NCBI GenBank assembly: GCA_002421445.1
Contig: DIKB01000080.1
Location: 288 to 38,106, forward strand
Length of the DNA stretch: 37,819 nucleotides
Direction: 5' to 3'
From: Dehalococcoidia bacterium UBA5629
GTDB lineage: Bacteria > Chloroflexota > Dehalococcoidia > GIF9 > UBA5629
The notes under the pieces are model-generated. The model searched no databases. It was not told the origin of the DNA and saw only the letters and a list, made by a program, of their open reading frames with translations. Position numbers and translations under genes: made by a program. Positions 34,469 to 37,819 of this stretch are shown here, piece by piece (position 1 is the stretch's first letter; each line of letters begins with the position of its first letter).

Positions 34469-36127
34469 TTACACTTCTAACGTTGTTGTCAGGATCATCG
34501 GCCTGCGTTTTGTCTGCTCGTAGAAGAATCTGGCTAGCGTATCCTTGATTTTGATGTTGATCAGGCTCCGGTCTACCGGGTGATTATCCCGGTGAGTCAG
34601 GGCGGTTGCTACCAGCGCCCGTCCCTGCTCGATGATCATTTTTCCTTCTTCGGTATCGACAAATCCACGGGACAGTATATCCGGCTTTCCGATGACTTTG
34701 CCCGAGCTTCTATCGATGGCTACTGTCACGACGACGATGCCGTCCCTGGATAACAATTTTCTGTCACGCAGGATAACGTTCGCATAATTGCCCATCACCA
34801 GACCATCGACGTAGATGTTATCGGATGGTATTCTACCGGTAACGCGTCCCTGTTCGGAATCAATATCCAGAATGTCCCCGTTCTCCATGATAAATATATT
34901 GTTTTCCTGCACTCCCACACTTTTTGCCAGTTTGCTGTGAATACATAGATGTCTGTATTCGCCGTGGACCGGTACGAAGTACTTTGGTTTGACTAAAGTC
35001 AGCAGGAGCTTCAGTTCTTCCTGGCTGGCGTGTCCATGTACATGTACCTGTGCCAGCTTTGAATAAATGACATCCGCTCCCTGACGGAAGAGGTTGTCCA
35101 TGGTTCTGTTAACGAGTGATTCGTTGCCCGGAATGGGAGAGGCTGACATGATGACGGTATCGCCGGGAACGATACGTATCTGCCCGTTGTCCTGGTTGGC
35201 AACGCGTACCAGTGCCGATGTTGGCTCTCCCTGGCTGCCGGTCATGAGGATAACGACCTGGTTGTTCGGGAATCGATGAAGGTCTTCGGGTTGGAGGATG
35301 ACACCGTTCGGCACACTGAGATAACCGTTTTCGAGTGCCATCCGCACGATATCTTTCATGCTGCGGCCTACGATGAAAACGTGTCTTTTATAGGCTACGG
35401 CTGCATCCAGTATTTGCTGAATGCGTGAAACAAGCGAGGAGAATGTGGCGATTAATACTCTGCCTTTAGCTGCGCCAATGATGCGGTTAAGCGTTTCTCC
35501 GACGACAGATTCTGAGGGAGTATATCCCGGCAGTTCGGCATATGTAGAATCGGCAAGCAGAAGCAATGTACCTTTTGCACAGACCTGTGCCAGTCTGGAG
35601 AGGTCTGTCCCTTTGCCATCAACCGGTGTGTAATCGATTTTGAAATCGCCGCTATGAACAACAAGTCCCAATGGCGTATTGATCATGAGTCCGACGGCAT
35701 CAGGAATACTGTGACAGACCGAGAATGGCTCGATATTGAACACACCGAGATTGAATGAGGTTCCTGGATTGATCATTTTCAGCCGCGCCTTTGACAGGTT
35801 ACGGCGTTCTTTGAGTTTAACAGCAATTAAATCTCTGGTAAGCTTTGATGCATAAATGGGCACATCAAGCTGGGGCAGAATGTAGGGCAGTGCACCGATA
35901 TGATCTTCATGCCCGTGCGTAATAACTATTCCCCTGACCTTGTCTTTCTTCTTGACCAGGTAGCTTATATCGGGAATGACGATATCAACTCCAGGCATAT
36001 CTTCATGCGGAAACATGAGTCCGGCGTCTATGACGATGATATCATTGCCGTACTCGATGGCGAGCATGTTTTTACCGATCTCGCCGAGCCCCCCGATGGG
36101 GATTATTCTGAGTTTATTCTTGTTCAT
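34469..36127 (-). CDS. rnj: Ribonuclease J
   Basis: 552 aa with a metallo-beta-lactamase/beta-CASP fold (ITHGHEDHIGALP, HVHGHASQEEL) and a C-terminal domain. It lies 5 nt upstream of ftsK. Confidence 0.9.
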   Translation of the reverse strand: MNKNKLRIIPIGGLGEIGKNMLAIEYGNDIIVIDAGLMFPHEDMPGVDIVIPDISYLVKKKDKVRGIVITHGHEDHIGALPYILPQLDVPIYASKLTRDLIAVKLKERRNLSKARLKMINPGTSFNLGVFNIEPFSVCHSIPDAVGLMINTPLGLVVHSGDFKIDYTPVDGKGTDLSRLAQVCAKGTLLLLADSTYAELPGYTPSESVVGETLNRIIGAAKGRVLIATFSSLVSRIQQILDAAVAYKRHVFIVGRSMKDIVRMALENGYLSVPNGVILQPEDLHRFPNNQVVILMTGSQGEPTSALVRVANQDNGQIRIVPGDTVIMSASPIPGNESLVNRTMDNLFRQGADVIYSKLAQVHVHGHASQEELKLLLTLVKPKYFVPVHGEYRHLCIHSKLAKSVGVQENNIFIMENGDILDIDSEQGRVTGRIPSDNIYVDGLVMGNYANVILRDRKLLSRDGIVVVTVAIDRSSGKVIGKPDILSRGFVDTEEGKMIIEQGRALVATALTHRDNHPVDRSLINIKIKDTLARFFYEQTKRRPMILTTTLEV

Positions 36128-36143
36128 GATGAAGATGCTGTGG

Positions 36144-36983
36144 TTAGAACAAATTGAGCTGCTTTGGCTCCAACGCTTGTTCTTCTATTATGATAGCAGG
36201 TTTTTCATCCCTGGGAGGAATCGTCTTATTTTCAGGGAGTTTTTGTTCTTCCGCTTTTGTTACAGTTTCCTCTTCTTTTTGTGGTGCAACCGGTTTCTCG
36301 GATATTTCTTGTTCTTTTGCCGGCGCAGCAGGCTTTTCTATCTGCGCAGGAGCCGGCTTGCTGTCGATGAGCTTTTTATCTTCCATCTTCGCTAAAAGCT
36401 TCTCTTCCTGAGCAGGAACAGCTTTGCTTGCATCCCGCAATTTCGCCAGAAGCGGTGGAATTTTTAGCATATCGGCTTCAATCGTGCTTTTCAAATTCGC
36501 CTGATGCAAAGCAGCTGCCGGATGATACATGGCAAAATACGTGATATTGTCCTTTTGTTTCGCAGTTCCGTGAATCTTGCCTATGGTTTCATTGGGAAAA
36601 TATCGTGCCATAGAATAGCGTCCCAGCGTAACAATCATTTTTGGCTTAATAAGCTCAATTTGTTTATCGAGATATTTGCTGCATACCTGAATTTCGCCGG
36701 GTAGCGGATCGCGGTTGCCCGGTGGTCTGCATTTAATTACATTGGCGATGTAGACCTGGTTTCGATTCAAGCCGATGGAAGCCAGTAGACTGGTGAGGAA
36801 CTGACCTGCAGCACCGACGAATGGTAGCCCCTGCTGATCTTCATTCCAGCCGGGAGCTTCGCCAATGAACATGATCTCTGCGTTTTCCAGACCTTCACCG
36901 GGGACTGCTCTCGTGCGATATTTGCCGAGAGCGCAGTCCTGACATCGCTCAATCTGTTTATGGAGTTCTTCAAATACGGACAT
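36144..36983 (-). CDS. Family 4 uracil-DNA glycosylase (Fe-S type) with a ~90-aa low-complexity C-terminal tail ending in QLNLF
   Basis: 279 aa with an N-terminal Cys cluster (CQDCALGK), motif A (FIGEAPG), VGAAGQ and motif B (YHPAAAL). From about residue 186 the sequence is a Lys/Glu/Pro/Ala-rich tail. The last five residues, QLNLF, are encoded at 36147-36161. Confidence 0.85.
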   Translation of the reverse strand: MSVFEELHKQIERCQDCALGKYRTRAVPGEGLENAEIMFIGEAPGWNEDQQGLPFVGAAGQFLTSLLASIGLNRNQVYIANVIKCRPPGNRDPLPGEIQVCSKYLDKQIELIKPKMIVTLGRYSMARYFPNETIGKIHGTAKQKDNITYFAMYHPAAALHQANLKSTIEADMLKIPPLLAKLRDASKAVPAQEEKLLAKMEDKKLIDSKPAPAQIEKPAAPAKEQEISEKPVAPQKEEETVTKAEEQKLPENKTIPPRDEKPAIIIEEQALEPKQLNLF

Positions 36984-37020
36984 TCAGAGGTATCATAGCA
37001 TAGCGCTTTAACTCGGTCAA

Positions 37021-37392
37021 TCAGAATCGAACGAAGACAAATACCAGAAGTATGCTGAGAAAAAAGAGGATACTGGCGGTAATTGCTATCAGCTTATTGT
37101 CTCGCGTGATAATCGCGCTAATCGTTGTGATTAATACGGGCAGAAACGATGATATGAATAATATCAGAATGGCAAGGGATGCGATGGCAAACGGATCGAA
37201 ACCGGCGAGAGCCTGGGGCAATTGCGACGGGGTGATACTTCTACCGTCGTTGTAGCCTTTACCGGTGGCTATAAATATGATGAACGCTGCGAGAGTCAAT
37301 GTAAGTGCGATGTACATACCGATGCGCAGGATGACTTCTGTCCATCTCTTCGTGATTTCGATTGCTCTTGTCGTTTGATCTTTATTGTTCAT
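37021..37392 (-). CDS. Small membrane protein (DUF1634-like)
   Basis: 123 aa with 3-4 TM helices. It lies immediately downstream of a TauE/SafE-type permease gene, which is the usual DUF1634 context. Family assignment is from memory of that pairing. Confidence 0.5.
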   Translation of the reverse strand: MNNKDQTTRAIEITKRWTEVILRIGMYIALTLTLAAFIIFIATGKGYNDGRSITPSQLPQALAGFDPFAIASLAILILFISSFLPVLITTISAIITRDNKLIAITASILFFLSILLVFVFVRF

Positions 37393-37408
37393 ATTGTTGC
37401 GTGCTCGG

Positions 37409-37819
37409 TTATGTTATAACCTGTGCTGCTTTCAAAAACATGAGTATTGCAATGATGACCATGATGCCGGCGAAGATTGACCTCAGGAGATCTCCCCTTG
37501 TTTTTTGCATCAGCCGTGCGCCAATTCGCGCACCGATATAGGCTCCGATGATAAGCGATGCGGCGACGAATGGGTCTATCAGCCCGTTTTGAAAAAACAC
37601 CAGCGCGCCGACTGATGCTGTCATCATAATGATAAAGCTGCTGGTCGCAATGGCTGCTTTTATGGGCACTCCCATTAGGATATTCATGACCGGTATATTA
37701 ATGATACCACCGCCGACACCCAGCAGGCTGGCAAGGATGCCGGCAAAGGTACTGATGGCCATTGCCGGCCCGGTTTTATTAAACCGGTATCTGATGGTTG
37801 TTTGCTCTTCTTTATCGAA
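37409..37819 (-). CDS. TauE/SafE (DUF81) family anion/sulfite exporter, C-terminal part (the gene runs off the right edge)
   Basis: The ORF is open to the window edge. The sequence ...GILASLLGVGGGIINIPVMNILMGVPIKAAIATSSF...IGAYIGARIGARL is the typical DUF81 repeat signature. Confidence 0.7.
   Translation of the reverse strand, partial: FDKEEQTTIRYRFNKTGPAMAISTFAGILASLLGVGGGIINIPVMNILMGVPIKAAIATSSFIIMMTASVGALVFFQNGLIDPFVAASLIIGAYIGARIGARLMQKTRGDLLRSIFAGIMVIIAILMFLKAAQVIT

Noticed and set aside
35976-36395. 139-aa + strand ORF (and neighbouring 85-aa ORFs)
   Set aside because: It is antisense to the RNase J start and the UDG tail. The Phe/Leu-rich low-complexity sequence mirrors the Lys/Glu-rich tail on the other strand.
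1-37819. tRNA, rRNA, tmRNA, transposase/integrase and prophage signatures
   Set aside because: I scanned for T-arm GGTTCGAAT-type motifs and for large untranslated blocks. Every spacer longer than 100 bp is accounted for above, and none shows cloverleaf potential or terminal inverted repeats flanking a gene.

Overview
This is about 37.8 kb of densely packed bacterial chromosome with 37 protein genes, two of them cut by the window edges. I found no rRNA, tRNA, CRISPR array, transposase or integrase. Gene order from left to right:

- (-) pstS-pstC-pstA-pstB, preceded by a phoP/phoR-like two-component pair. A Pho-box-like array of hexamers lies upstream of pstS.
- (+) thrS-infC-rpmI-rplT-pheS-pheT.
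- (-) dxr-rseP-ispG-(zinc-ribbon membrane protein)-proS.
- A DedA-like membrane protein and an MFS transporter.
- (-) A pantothenate operon (Rossmann/DUF2520-like reductase, panD, panB, panC). It is preceded by a roughly 130-nt leader that carries the only canonical intrinsic terminator in the window.
- A flavodoxin and a hicB/hicA-like toxin-antitoxin pair.
- (-) mutS2 (Smr), followed 17 bp later by a 262-aa protein that I read as a Vms1/ANKZF1-like (VLRF1, eRF1-fold) release factor.
- (+) yebC-ruvC-ruvA-uvrB.
- A 417-bp convergent spacer packed with a covarying hairpin repeat family.
- (-) Family-4 UDG, RNase J and FtsK, then DUF1634 and TauE/SafE.

The best candidate for an undescribed system is the mutS2 + VLRF1-like pair, which could be a ribosome-collision sensing and nascent-chain release module. 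Secondary items:

- the pan-operon leader
- the hairpin repeat cluster
- a clamp-binding-like QLNLF tail on the UDG
- a HicA-like protein without its catalytic histidine
- a probable AUA start for infC

The gene content weakly suggests a Chloroflexota-like organism: a ThrRS without a TGS domain, a VLRF1-type protein and a pan leader. That guess is unverified. All calls come from reading the supplied translations and the DNA by eye. No searches were run.
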